Shown here: in pieces, positions 1 to 8,739 of the stretch | How positions within the stretch are numbered: the first letter of the stretch is position 1 | Layout: each line of letters starts with the position of its first letter | Assembly: GCA_017558945.1 (NCBI GenBank) | Contig: JAFYTG010000194.1 | Coordinates: forward strand, 1 to 39,719 | Reading direction: 5' to 3' | DNA: 39,719 nucleotides | Source of the DNA: Clostridia bacterium | GTDB taxonomy: Bacteria > Bacillota > Clostridia > Oscillospirales > SIG627 | The notes under the pieces: generated by a model | Database searches by the model: none | Told to the model about the DNA's origin: nothing | The model's input: only the letters and a program-made list of their open reading frames with translations | Program-made: the position numbers and the translations under genes

Positions 1-180
1 GTTCATATTCCCCATTGTGCTTATCATTCTCAAAACCATGAATGACCGAGGCACAATACATCTTTGGAAAAAGATTGACCCTCCCACGCCATCCACACGA
101 AAACAAAAAGGCAAATAAAAACCTCATTTGCTCACAAGCATCAAGTCTGACTTTTGTTTTTAATTAAAAAATCACAACCA

Positions 181-238
181 AAAAGTCCGAACCGACCAAA
201 GCACCAATCACCCGGTGTCAAGGTATGTTCGGACTTTT
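181..238. repeat. Inverted repeat with 12-bp perfect arms and a 34-nt spacer (REP-like)
   Basis: AAAAGTCCGAAC (181-192) / GTTCGGACTTTT (227-238). Confidence 0.6.
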
Positions 239-248
239 CATATCCAGC

Positions 249-290
249 AAAAACAAAATGCATCGGATTTCTCCGATGCATAAGTTTTTG
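249..290 (-). terminator. Intrinsic terminator of rpmB
   Basis: Stem ATGCATCGGA (258-267) / TCCGATGCAT (272-281), followed on the minus strand by TTTGTTTTT, right after the rpmB stop. Confidence 0.75.
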
Positions 291-476
291 TTACGCGCGC
301 TGAACCTTATCAGAACGAAGGCAACGAGAGCAAACGTACATCTTCTTATGAGTTCCGTTAACAATCGCTCTTACTCTTCTGATATTGGGCTTCCATGTGC
401 GGTTGGTCTTTCTGTTAGAGTGAGAAACATTCAAACCGAAAGCAACGCTCTTTCCGCAGATTTCGCATTTTGCCAT
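291..476 (-). CDS. rpmB: 50S ribosomal protein L28 (zinc-ribbon form)
   Basis: MAKCEICGK...VSHSNRKTNRTWKPN...VCSRCLRS; ATG at 476 with GGAGG upstream; two CxxC motifs. Confidence 0.97.
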   Translation of the reverse strand: MAKCEICGKSVAFGLNVSHSNRKTNRTWKPNIRRVRAIVNGTHKKMYVCSRCLRSDKVQRA

Positions 477-577
477 TTTGCAAACACCTCCTATATAAAG
501 CCGCTTTTGCAAAACGGCATCTTCTATTTCGTGTATTTTTAACTGTTTTTTGTTGCTTGTTCAACACAAGCGAAGAG

Positions 578-606
578 ATTATAACACAAAAGTTTTATAA
601 AATCAA
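578..606 (-). promoter_or_regulatory. sigma-A promoter of rpmB
   Basis: TTGATT (606-601), 17 nt, TGt-TATAAT (583-578). Confidence 0.6.
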
Positions 607-622
607 GTATTTTTTCAAAATT

Positions 623-1675
623 TTAATTCTTTTTTCTCAACATATTGATGATAGTATCCATTTCATCAATAGAATCAGCCTGTGCTGGACTATCCTTTTC
701 GGATGATTCGTCTGCTGTAGCCTTCTTCTTTGCGATGTCGAAGCCTGTTGCAATAACAGTAATCTTCATCTCATCCTCGAGAGTTTCATCGAATGCAGCA
801 CCCCAAATGATATTTGCTTCGGGATTAGCTTCTTCAGCAATCATATTGGAAGCGTAATCAACTTCTTCGAGTCCGATGTCGGGAGAAGCTGTGATGTTAA
901 CGATAATACCGGTAGCACCTGCGATAGAGGTCTCAAGAAGAGGACTTGCGATAGCCATACGAGCGGCAATCTCAGCCTTATCCTTACCCTTACCGTTACC
1001 AACGCCCATATGTGCAAGACCTGCGTTCTGCATAATAGCGGTAACGTCAGCAAAGTCGAGGTTTACGATAGCATCCATATTGATAAGCTCGTAGATGCTC
1101 TTAACACCACGGCTAAGTACACCGTCAGCAATATCAAAAGCGTTAGCAAGAGTAATTCTCGCCTCGGAAACCATCTTAAGTCTCTCGTTGGGAATTACGA
1201 TAAGAGCGTCAACCTGCTCGCTGAGCTCTGCAATACCTGCCTCAGCCTGCTCCATTCTTCTCTTACCCTCAAAAGCAAAGGGCTTGGTTACAACGCCTAC
1301 GGTAAGGATACCGCGGCTGCGTGCAGCCTTAGCTACAACGGATGCAGCACCGGTACCGGTACCGCCGCCCATACCTGCCGTGATAAATACCATATCTGCG
1401 TTTTCTACTGCTGCGTTGATCTCATCAAGAGACTCCTCTGCAGCCTTTCTGCCGATTTCAGGGTTTGCACCTGCACCGCGTCCCTTGGTAAGCTTTTCAC
1501 CAATCGGGATCTTCTTTTCAGCAGTTGATCTGTTGAGAGCCTGCATATCGGTGTTGATTGCAATGAATTCAACACCTGCACTGCCTCCCTTGATCATTCT
1601 GTTAACTGTATTATTTCCGCCGCCACCGACGCCTATTACCTTGATGTTTACAAGGCTTTCTCCGTATTCGGGCAT
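623..1675 (-). CDS. ftsZ: Cell division GTPase FtsZ
   Basis: [12 protein letters not shown], tubulin signature [16 protein letters not shown]. Confidence 0.98.
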   Translation of the reverse strand: MPEYGESLVNIKVIGVGGGGNNTVNRMIKGGSAGVEFIAINTDMQALNRSTAEKKIPIGEKLTKGRGAGANPEIGRKAAEESLDEINAAVENADMVFITAGMGGGTGTGAASVVAKAARSRGILTVGVVTKPFAFEGKRRMEQAEAGIAELSEQVDALIVIPNERLKMVSEARITLANAFDIADGVLSRGVKSIYELINMDAIVNLDFADVTAIMQNAGLAHMGVGNGKGKDKAEIAARMAIASPLLETSIAGATGIIVNITASPDIGLEEVDYASNMIAEEANPEANIIWGAAFDETLEDEMKITVIATGFDIAKKKATADESSEKDSPAQADSIDEMDTIINMLRKKN

Positions 1676-1798
1676 TTCGTCGTCCTCCTAAAATATCTAT
1701 TTTATCTATATGGGATAATAATCTTATTATATATATTAATACACTTTTTCAACTTTTGCAAGTCTTTTTTGAAATTTTTATAATTTTTTCATATTTTT

Positions 1799-2596
1799 TT
1801 AATTTGCAACGCTTCCCGTGAACCTTACGGCAGCCTCTCTTGCATCGGAAATATCGACTATTCCCGAGGAATCCGTCCATATATCTCCGCTCATTACCTC
1901 AGAGAGAAGCTTGACCTTTGCCTCAGAATCCTCCCAGCTGCCGAAAACTATCTCAAAGCGATCGTCAACCTTTGCCTTTATATTGAACTTATCGGTGATA
2001 TCAAGATAGGTAAGCTTTTTGGAAAGACCGAATGATTCAAACTGCGAATAAACGTCAACGAGAATATTAAAGGGCTCTTCGCTCTCAAAGAGCAAATTCT
2101 CACCTTGAATACATTCGGTAATAAATGGGGTTTTGATTTTACAAACGCCCTCCGGCATACCATCCTCGGCAGCCCCCGACGTAAGCACCTTGCCTCCTGA
2201 AGATACGAAGAACACATCGTCACCAAGAACGACTCCCATTGAAGCCGAATGAAATTCAAGCTCTATCACAAGCGTTGACGGGAGACGACGCCTGAGCTTA
2301 GCACAGTTAACGTAGGCAAACTCACGCTCAATCTCCTTTTCAAGTCTTGAGGCTCTGAGGCTTAAAAGGTTATCCCCCTCGCCTACTCCGATGAAATCGA
2401 GCATTTCCGCCTCGCTGTAAACGTCGGTGTTGAGTCCTTTTATTTCAATTGAACGTATCTTAAAGAAATTAAGATACATAAAGACTAAGAAGAAAACTAA
2501 AAGCACTATCAGTGCGAAGGTGAAAAATCTCCGTGAATTACGGCTTCGCCTTACGGCGCTTGAGTGAATTGCCTCGATTTTTCTGCCGTCTGTCAT
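1799..2596 (-). CDS. ftsQ: Cell division protein FtsQ/DivIB (TM helix + POTRA)
   Basis: Basic N-terminus, one TM helix, F-I--IEIKG POTRA start, LPSTLVIEL; lies between murG and ftsZ. Confidence 0.8.
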   Translation of the reverse strand: MTDGRKIEAIHSSAVRRSRNSRRFFTFALIVLLVFFLVFMYLNFFKIRSIEIKGLNTDVYSEAEMLDFIGVGEGDNLLSLRASRLEKEIEREFAYVNCAKLRRRLPSTLVIELEFHSASMGVVLGDDVFFVSSGGKVLTSGAAEDGMPEGVCKIKTPFITECIQGENLLFESEEPFNILVDVYSQFESFGLSKKLTYLDITDKFNIKAKVDDRFEIVFGSWEDSEAKVKLLSEVMSGDIWTDSSGIVDISDAREAAVRFTGSVAN

Positions 2597-2606
2597 TTTT
2601 TATTCC

Positions 2607-3704
2607 TCACTTATTTACAAGCTCTTTTACCGCCTCAAAAATTCTGTCATGCGTATCGTTTATGGCAAGCGACCTTGCCCTTCTCTGCATTTCCGAAAGT
2701 CTCTCTCCATCCGAGAGAAGCTCGACTATAACTCGGTTTAACGTCTCGGGTGTCAAATCCTTTTCCTCAATAACGACCGCACCACCCTCGTTTTCAACAA
2801 CCTTTGCGTTTTTGTACTGATGGTTGTCGGTGACGTAGGGAGACGGAATAAGGATTGCAGGCTTTCCGAGTACTGCAAGCTCTGCAAGAGTGATTGCACC
2901 CGCGCGGCATACCACAAGGTCTGAGGCGCACATACGCGAGGGCATATCGTAGATATACTCAACCACCTCACAGCCCTCCGGGGTCTTAAGATTCTTTATT
3001 TCCTCCTCACGCTTCTTCCATTCGTAAGAGCCTACCGCGTGAGTAATCTGCAAGCCGTCAAGCGCTCCCGATTTGATAAGAGAGAGCATATTGTCATTGA
3101 TTGCACGTGCCCCGAGGCTTCCGCCACAGCTTACGATATAAGGCTTGTCGGAAAGAGACAGTCTTTGTCTCTCCTCCTCTTTTTTCAGAGAAAAGAGCTC
3201 GGGGCGTACGGGATTACCCGTGAGAATTATATTCTCGGGCTTTGCCTTAAGCTGACCTCTGGTTGCCTCAAAGCTTATCATAACCTTGTCAACTATTCCC
3301 GAAAGCATACGGGTTGTGACTCCTGCCTGAGCGTTCTGCTCGTGAATAAGAGTGGGTATTCCGCGCGATGCCGCCGCCTTAACAACGGGCCAGCTTACGT
3401 AGCCTCCCGTACCTATTACTATATCCGGTCTAAAGCTCTTTATTATCTTGCCCGCACGAAGTGGAGACACAAGCGCCTTCCACGCCGTTGAAACGTTTTT
3501 GAGGGTCAGCTTACGCTGAAAGCCCTTGACGTCAACATGATAGATATCGTAGCCCGCCTTCTTTACAAGACGATTCTCCATTCCTTGAGGAGTACCGACA
3601 AAGGCTATAACGCTGTCGGGTATCTCGGCTTTTATTTTTTCGGCAATGGCGAGGGCGGGATTGATGTGACCTGCCGTTCCTCCGCCCGATAAAAGTACTC
3701 TCAT
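2607..3704 (-). CDS. murG: Lipid II GlcNAc transferase MurG
   Basis: SGGGTAGHINP, HEQN, GGSLGA, RAGAITLAE, HQYKNA. Confidence 0.97.
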   Translation of the reverse strand: MRVLLSGGGTAGHINPALAIAEKIKAEIPDSVIAFVGTPQGMENRLVKKAGYDIYHVDVKGFQRKLTLKNVSTAWKALVSPLRAGKIIKSFRPDIVIGTGGYVSWPVVKAAASRGIPTLIHEQNAQAGVTTRMLSGIVDKVMISFEATRGQLKAKPENIILTGNPVRPELFSLKKEEERQRLSLSDKPYIVSCGGSLGARAINDNMLSLIKSGALDGLQITHAVGSYEWKKREEEIKNLKTPEGCEVVEYIYDMPSRMCASDLVVCRAGAITLAELAVLGKPAILIPSPYVTDNHQYKNAKVVENEGGAVVIEEKDLTPETLNRVIVELLSDGERLSEMQRRARSLAINDTHDRIFEAVKELVNK

Positions 3705-4891
3705 TCCGTTTCTTCCTTTCTGACGTAGCGGTATCGTGATATGTTGAGAATCATACCCATTTCCGCCATAAGAATTATAAGCGACGTTCCTCCGTATGAG
3801 AAGAAGGGCAAGGAAACGCCCGTTGACGGAAGTGTATTCGTAACGACGCCTATATTCAAAAATGCTTGAATTGCCACCTGAGCTATAATTCCAACCACAA
3901 CGAGACAGGAATAATTACTCGGTGCGTGCTTGGCGATATATATTCCGCGCCAAACGAGTGCAAGAAATAAAAATATTACGCCTATCGCAAATACAAGTCC
4001 AAGCTCCTCGCAGGCAATGGAAAAGATATAGTCATTCTGAGGCTCGGGAAGATACAGATGCTTCTGCGTGCTCTGTCCGAGCCCTACTCCCCAGAAGCCG
4101 CCCGAGCCAATGGCATAAAGGGATTGAAGCGGCTGCCACGCTTGGTCGGGATACTGCTCGGGATGAAGCCATGTAAGTATTCGTATTCTCGAATGCGGAA
4201 CAGCGATTGCAAGAATTACGACACCAAGCGCTCCCACTATCATAAGACCGCGAATAATTTTCTTGGAAACGTTTCCGAAAATCATAAGAGTGAATATCAA
4301 AAGAAGAACGATAATACAGCAGGATATGTGAGGCTGTAAAACCAAAGTCACCGTCATATATATTGCAACCGCAAAATAAGGAACGTATTGAGCAAATCGA
4401 GTTTTTCTGCCGTGACCGATATAATCGGCAAAGAAAAGGATAATTGCAAGCTTCGCGATTTCCGATGGCTGAAAGTTAATAGGGCCTATCATAAACCAAC
4501 GGGTAGCACCCTTAGCCTCATAGCCGATAAATGGAACGAGAGCCATCATAATCATTGAGACGTAAAATATCAGCTTGTGAAATCGCCATATCCACAGATA
4601 GTCAAGGAACGTCATTGCCAGCATAACCGCCGCTCCGACCGCAACCCATATTATCTGCTTGACCGCAAAATAATAGCTGTCCGAGTACTGCTCCTTGGCG
4701 TAAGCGTAGCTTGCAGAGAAGACCATAAGCGTGCCAAGTGCAACCAGCACGAACACGATAAATAAAAACGTATAGTCGATTCCGTAGACCTCACGGGAAT
4801 AGCCTTCTATCTCATATTCCTTTTTCCTGAGCCTGCCGTTTCTTCTCAAGCGCTCAAGAAATGTAGCCTGACTTCTTTTTGTTGTCGCCAC
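3701..4891 (-). CDS. ftsW: SEDS family peptidoglycan polymerase FtsW/SpoVE
   Basis: Multiple TM helices; GATRW, FQPSEIAK, LPEPQNDYIF, LPFFSYGGTS; GTG start with GGAGG. Confidence 0.92.
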   Translation of the reverse strand: MATTKRSQATFLERLRRNGRLRKKEYEIEGYSREVYGIDYTFLFIVFVLVALGTLMVFSASYAYAKEQYSDSYYFAVKQIIWVAVGAAVMLAMTFLDYLWIWRFHKLIFYVSMIMMALVPFIGYEAKGATRWFMIGPINFQPSEIAKLAIILFFADYIGHGRKTRFAQYVPYFAVAIYMTVTLVLQPHISCCIIVLLLIFTLMIFGNVSKKIIRGLMIVGALGVVILAIAVPHSRIRILTWLHPEQYPDQAWQPLQSLYAIGSGGFWGVGLGQSTQKHLYLPEPQNDYIFSIACEELGLVFAIGVIFLFLALVWRGIYIAKHAPSNYSCLVVVGIIAQVAIQAFLNIGVVTNTLPSTGVSLPFFSYGGTSLIILMAEMGMILNISRYRYVRKEETE

Positions 4892-4904
4892 TTTTTCCTC
4901 CTAT

Positions 4905-5888
4905 TTATATAACGAAAGCGAAATAACTTAAAATACACATAAGTGCCGTAAACAGTGAGAAGCGTCTCACTATCTGATTTTCCGTCCAGGAGCACATTTC
5001 GAAATGATGATGAATGGGAGACATCTTGAAAATTCTCTTTTTGAAAACCTTGAAGCTGAAAACCTGAAGAACAACCGACAAAGCCTCTATGACGTACCAG
5101 AGACCTGCAACGAGGATGATGAGAGGAGAATTGAGCTTATACGCCATTCCGACGACGAGACCGCCGAGAAAAAGTGAGCCCGTGTCACCCATAAATATCT
5201 TTGCGGGATTAATATTATAATAAAGGAAGCCACAGAGCGCACCGACCGTTGCACCTCCGAGTGAAAGGAAAGGCATATCCGAAAGCTTGAAGGCAATTGC
5301 CGAGAAGAATAGGGTTATAACGAGAGTTACGCTTCCCGCAAGTCCGTCAATTCCGTCGGTGAGGTTTACGCTGTTGACCATAAAGGCGATAAAGAAAAAT
5401 GAAAGTATGTAATAAACGACCCCGAGCTCGATGCTCTTATCGGTAAAGGGAAGGTCGAGAGTAGTATCTATAAAGCCGAACGTTTTCATAACGAACAGAA
5501 ATACCGCCGTTACCAAAAACTGCAATATCAGCTTCGCACGTGCCGAAAGTCCCTTGTTCTGCTTCTTAACGAACTTGGTAAAATCGTCAATAAAGCCAAT
5601 TCCTCCGAAAAGGATGGCAGACACAAGCACAGTCGCAGAGGATATATCACCGTATTTTACCGCAGAGTACACTCCGATAACCAAAAAGGTTACGAATATA
5701 CCTCCTATAAAGAATATACCTCCCATAGTCGGAGTACCTTCCTTCGACTTATGCCAACGGGGACCTATATCGAGAATATACTGTCCCATCTTTATACGCA
5801 TAAGCGCAGGTATATATTTCTTTTCAAGTATGAGAGTTACTGCAAGGCTCAATATCAACGATATAAAAAACTGAATTGCCTGTGTCAT
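4905..5888 (-). CDS. mraY: Phospho-MurNAc-pentapeptide transferase
   Basis: KEGTPTMGG, NSVNLTDGIDGL, FMGDTGS, PIHHHFE. Confidence 0.97.
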   Translation of the reverse strand: MTQAIQFFISLILSLAVTLILEKKYIPALMRIKMGQYILDIGPRWHKSKEGTPTMGGIFFIGGIFVTFLVIGVYSAVKYGDISSATVLVSAILFGGIGFIDDFTKFVKKQNKGLSARAKLILQFLVTAVFLFVMKTFGFIDTTLDLPFTDKSIELGVVYYILSFFFIAFMVNSVNLTDGIDGLAGSVTLVITLFFSAIAFKLSDMPFLSLGGATVGALCGFLYYNINPAKIFMGDTGSLFLGGLVVGMAYKLNSPLIILVAGLWYVIEALSVVLQVFSFKVFKKRIFKMSPIHHHFEMCSWTENQIVRRFSLFTALMCILSYFAFVI

Positions 5889-5902
5889 TTTTTAAGTCTC
5901 CT

Positions 5903-7249
5903 TCAATCTTGTGTCAGGCTGCAAAGCCCTATGATATCCTCAAAGCTCATTCCACGGCTGGCTTTAAAGAGGATTATCGCGTCACGCTCTATATAGGACT
6001 CAAGCGCCCTTGCAAGCGTTTCCTTGTTGTTAAAGTGGCAGGACTCAACGCCCTTTGCCTCCTCGAGAATAAATCGGGCTGAATTACCGAGTGTGAAGAG
6101 AATGTCAACTCCCGTCTCCGCAACTCTGCGTCCAACACGGCGGTGAAGCTCCTCACTCATTTCACCAAGCTCAAGCATATCTCCGAGCACCGCAACGCTC
6201 TTGCGCTCTCCCTTCATATCACGCATTGACTCAAGGGCTGCGCACATTGACTCAAAGCCTGCGTTGTAGCAATCGGCAATGACCGTCGTGTTACGCTTCT
6301 TATATATTCTCTGTCTCATTCCCGCAGGAACGTAATCCTCAAGCGCCTTAGCGCTCTTATCGGGAGCGATACCCGAGGCATAGCCGAGAGCAATGGCAAT
6401 CATTGCATTCTGTACGTTGTGCTTACCGGGTACGGGAAGCCTTACCTCTGTCCTTCTTCCGAAAACGGTGCAATCAAATACAACACCCTCCGAGCTTGTG
6501 CGGATATTGTCCGCCGTCACGTCGCATCCGTCACTCATTCCGACACGGATTATCCGCTGAGGAATATCAAGTCCCGAAAGAAGAGGCTCATCGCCGTTTA
6601 TAATAAGAGTGCCGTCGGGCTTCAAGCCCTCAAGTATCTCAAGCTTTGCCTTCGCTATATTCTCACGGCTTCCGAGATTTTCAATGTGTGAATAAAGCAC
6701 GTTGGTGATTATGGCAACGTCACTTTTCAAAAGGGATGCAAGATAAGAAATCTCTCCGCTGTGATTCATACCCATCTCGCAAACGAGCGCCTCGCACTCC
6801 TCATTCAAGGACAAAAGTGTCAGAGGTACACCAATATGATTGTTGAGATTTCCGACGTTCTTATCCGTCTTATATGCAGACGATAAAACAAGCGCGCACA
6901 TTTCCTTCGTAGTGGTTTTTCCTACGCTTCCCGTAAGCGATACGGTAACACGGCGGTTGATTTTTTCGGCGTTTGCACGGGCTATAATACCGAGCGCCTT
7001 GACGGTGGAATCAACTCTTATCTGAGGAAACGCGGTTTCTCCGCACTCCTTTTCACAAAGAGTCGCACCGCAGGTCTTAATGCTCGGAATAAACTTATGA
7101 GCATCGTGTACCTCACCCACGATGGGTACGAACAGCTCGGTCTCACCAACACTTCTCGAGTCGGTGGAAACACCCGTTATAAGCTTATCCTCACCGCAAA
7201 GCTCCTGACCGAAAAGCTTGTATATTTCCGAAAGGTATACGGGAATCAT
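5903..7249 (-). CDS. murF: UDP-MurNAc-tripeptide:D-Ala-D-Ala ligase
   Basis: TDSR, TGSVGKTTTKE, NNHIGVPLT, DCYNA, LGDMLELG, KASRG. Confidence 0.95.
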   Translation of the reverse strand: MIPVYLSEIYKLFGQELCGEDKLITGVSTDSRSVGETELFVPIVGEVHDAHKFIPSIKTCGATLCEKECGETAFPQIRVDSTVKALGIIARANAEKINRRVTVSLTGSVGKTTTKEMCALVLSSAYKTDKNVGNLNNHIGVPLTLLSLNEECEALVCEMGMNHSGEISYLASLLKSDVAIITNVLYSHIENLGSRENIAKAKLEILEGLKPDGTLIINGDEPLLSGLDIPQRIIRVGMSDGCDVTADNIRTSSEGVVFDCTVFGRRTEVRLPVPGKHNVQNAMIAIALGYASGIAPDKSAKALEDYVPAGMRQRIYKKRNTTVIADCYNAGFESMCAALESMRDMKGERKSVAVLGDMLELGEMSEELHRRVGRRVAETGVDILFTLGNSARFILEEAKGVESCHFNNKETLARALESYIERDAIILFKASRGMSFEDIIGLCSLTQD

Positions 7250-8727
7250 ATTCTACCCTCCGATTTCATTATCGCGTGATACTTGATGACCTCCGCTCTT
7301 TCGGAGAAGGGGTGCTTACCGTTTTCGTCAATTTCGTATTCCTCGTGCCCCTTGCCGAGAAGCAGAATAACGTCATCCGCCTCGGCGATATCCATTGCGC
7401 GTCTTATGGCAAGAATACGGTCAGGCTCGGTTTCAACGCTGATATGAGGGTTGATAATACCCTCCATAATATCCTCGATTATTTTGTCTCTGTTTTCTGT
7501 ACGGGGATTATCGGAGGTAACGATTACCTTGTCGCTCTTTTCAACCGCAAGAGCACCCATCAAGGGTCGCTTACCTCTGTCACGGTCTCCTCCGCATCCG
7601 AATACGGTTATGAGTCTGCCATTTGTAAAGGTGCGTACAGTTCTTAAAACGTTATCCATAGCGTCGGGAGTATGTGCAAAGTCGATAATAACAGAAAACG
7701 GAGCGTCAATATCAACTCGATCCACTCTTCCCTCAACTCTGTCAAGAGCACGCAGACCTTTGGTAATAGTGTCCGTATCAACACCGAGAAGAAGAGCACA
7801 TGATGCCGCTGCAAGTGAATTGTAAACGGTAAACGTGCCGGGAATACCTACGAAAACTCTGAAGATAAGCTCCTTCTTCAAGAATACGTAGTCAACTCCG
7901 ACAGCACCTTGATATCTTATGCTGGTAGCATTAAAGTCGCTGTTAATATCGTTTATGGAATAGCTTACGACCTCGCCCGTTGCCATCTCCTTCATATAAG
8001 GTGCGGCAGGGTCATCGTCGTTGATAAGAGCAATTTTCGACCTCTTGAAAAGCTTTGATTTTGCGTCACGGTAATTCTCAAGAGTACCGTGGAAATTGAG
8101 ATGGTCCTGAGTAAGATTCGTAAAAATACCGCAATCGAATACTATGTCCCCAAGCTTATCCATTGCAAGAGCGTGGCTTGACGCCTCCATGATAAGCACC
8201 TCGGTATTCTCCTCTCTCATCGTATTGAGAAGAGCGTAAAAATTTTCAGGGTCGGGAGTTGTAAGAAGGTTTCCGTCCGACTCGGAATTGTATTCCTTGT
8301 CACCTATGAGATACTTCATCGTGCCTATAAGACCGACCTTGTAGCCTGCGGCGTCGAAAATTGACTTGAGCATAACGGTGGTCGAGGTCTTACCGTTAGT
8401 ACCCGTTACGGCAATCGCATACTTAAAGCTTCTCTCCGGATGAGAATAAAAGCTTGACAAAAGCCTCGGAAATACCTGACGGGCATCCGAAACGAGAACG
8501 TAGGGTACACTCTCCTCGGGCTCTGTATCGGTTACCACGCACACTGCACCTGATTTAAGCGCAGAGTCAATGTACTTGTTACCGTCAACCCTTTCTCCCT
8601 TGAGTGCACAGAAGATAAAGCCCTCCTTGACACGACGGCTGTTTTCGGTAATACCGTTACAATTCGCCTCAAGAGAAATATTCGTTTTTATTATTTCAAC
8701 GTTTTCAAATATCCTTTCAAGTATCAT
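7246..8727 (-). CDS. murE: UDP-MurNAc-dipeptide:meso-DAP ligase
   Basis: VTGTNGKTST, MEASSH, DFAHTPD, FGCGGDRD, DNPR (meso-DAP specificity motif), GKGHE. Confidence 0.96.
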   Translation of the reverse strand: MILERIFENVEIIKTNISLEANCNGITENSRRVKEGFIFCALKGERVDGNKYIDSALKSGAVCVVTDTEPEESVPYVLVSDARQVFPRLLSSFYSHPERSFKYAIAVTGTNGKTSTTVMLKSIFDAAGYKVGLIGTMKYLIGDKEYNSESDGNLLTTPDPENFYALLNTMREENTEVLIMEASSHALAMDKLGDIVFDCGIFTNLTQDHLNFHGTLENYRDAKSKLFKRSKIALINDDDPAAPYMKEMATGEVVSYSINDINSDFNATSIRYQGAVGVDYVFLKKELIFRVFVGIPGTFTVYNSLAAASCALLLGVDTDTITKGLRALDRVEGRVDRVDIDAPFSVIIDFAHTPDAMDNVLRTVRTFTNGRLITVFGCGGDRDRGKRPLMGALAVEKSDKVIVTSDNPRTENRDKIIEDIMEGIINPHISVETEPDRILAIRRAMDIAEADDVILLLGKGHEEYEIDENGKHPFSERAEVIKYHAIMKSEGRI

Positions 8728-8739
8728 GGCTTATCCCCC

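Noticed and set aside
76-95. Minus-strand GGCGTGGGAGGGTCAA resembling an IS200/IS605 right end
   Set aside because: No complementary arm for the subterminal hairpin and no tnpA/tnpB in the window; the match is too short.
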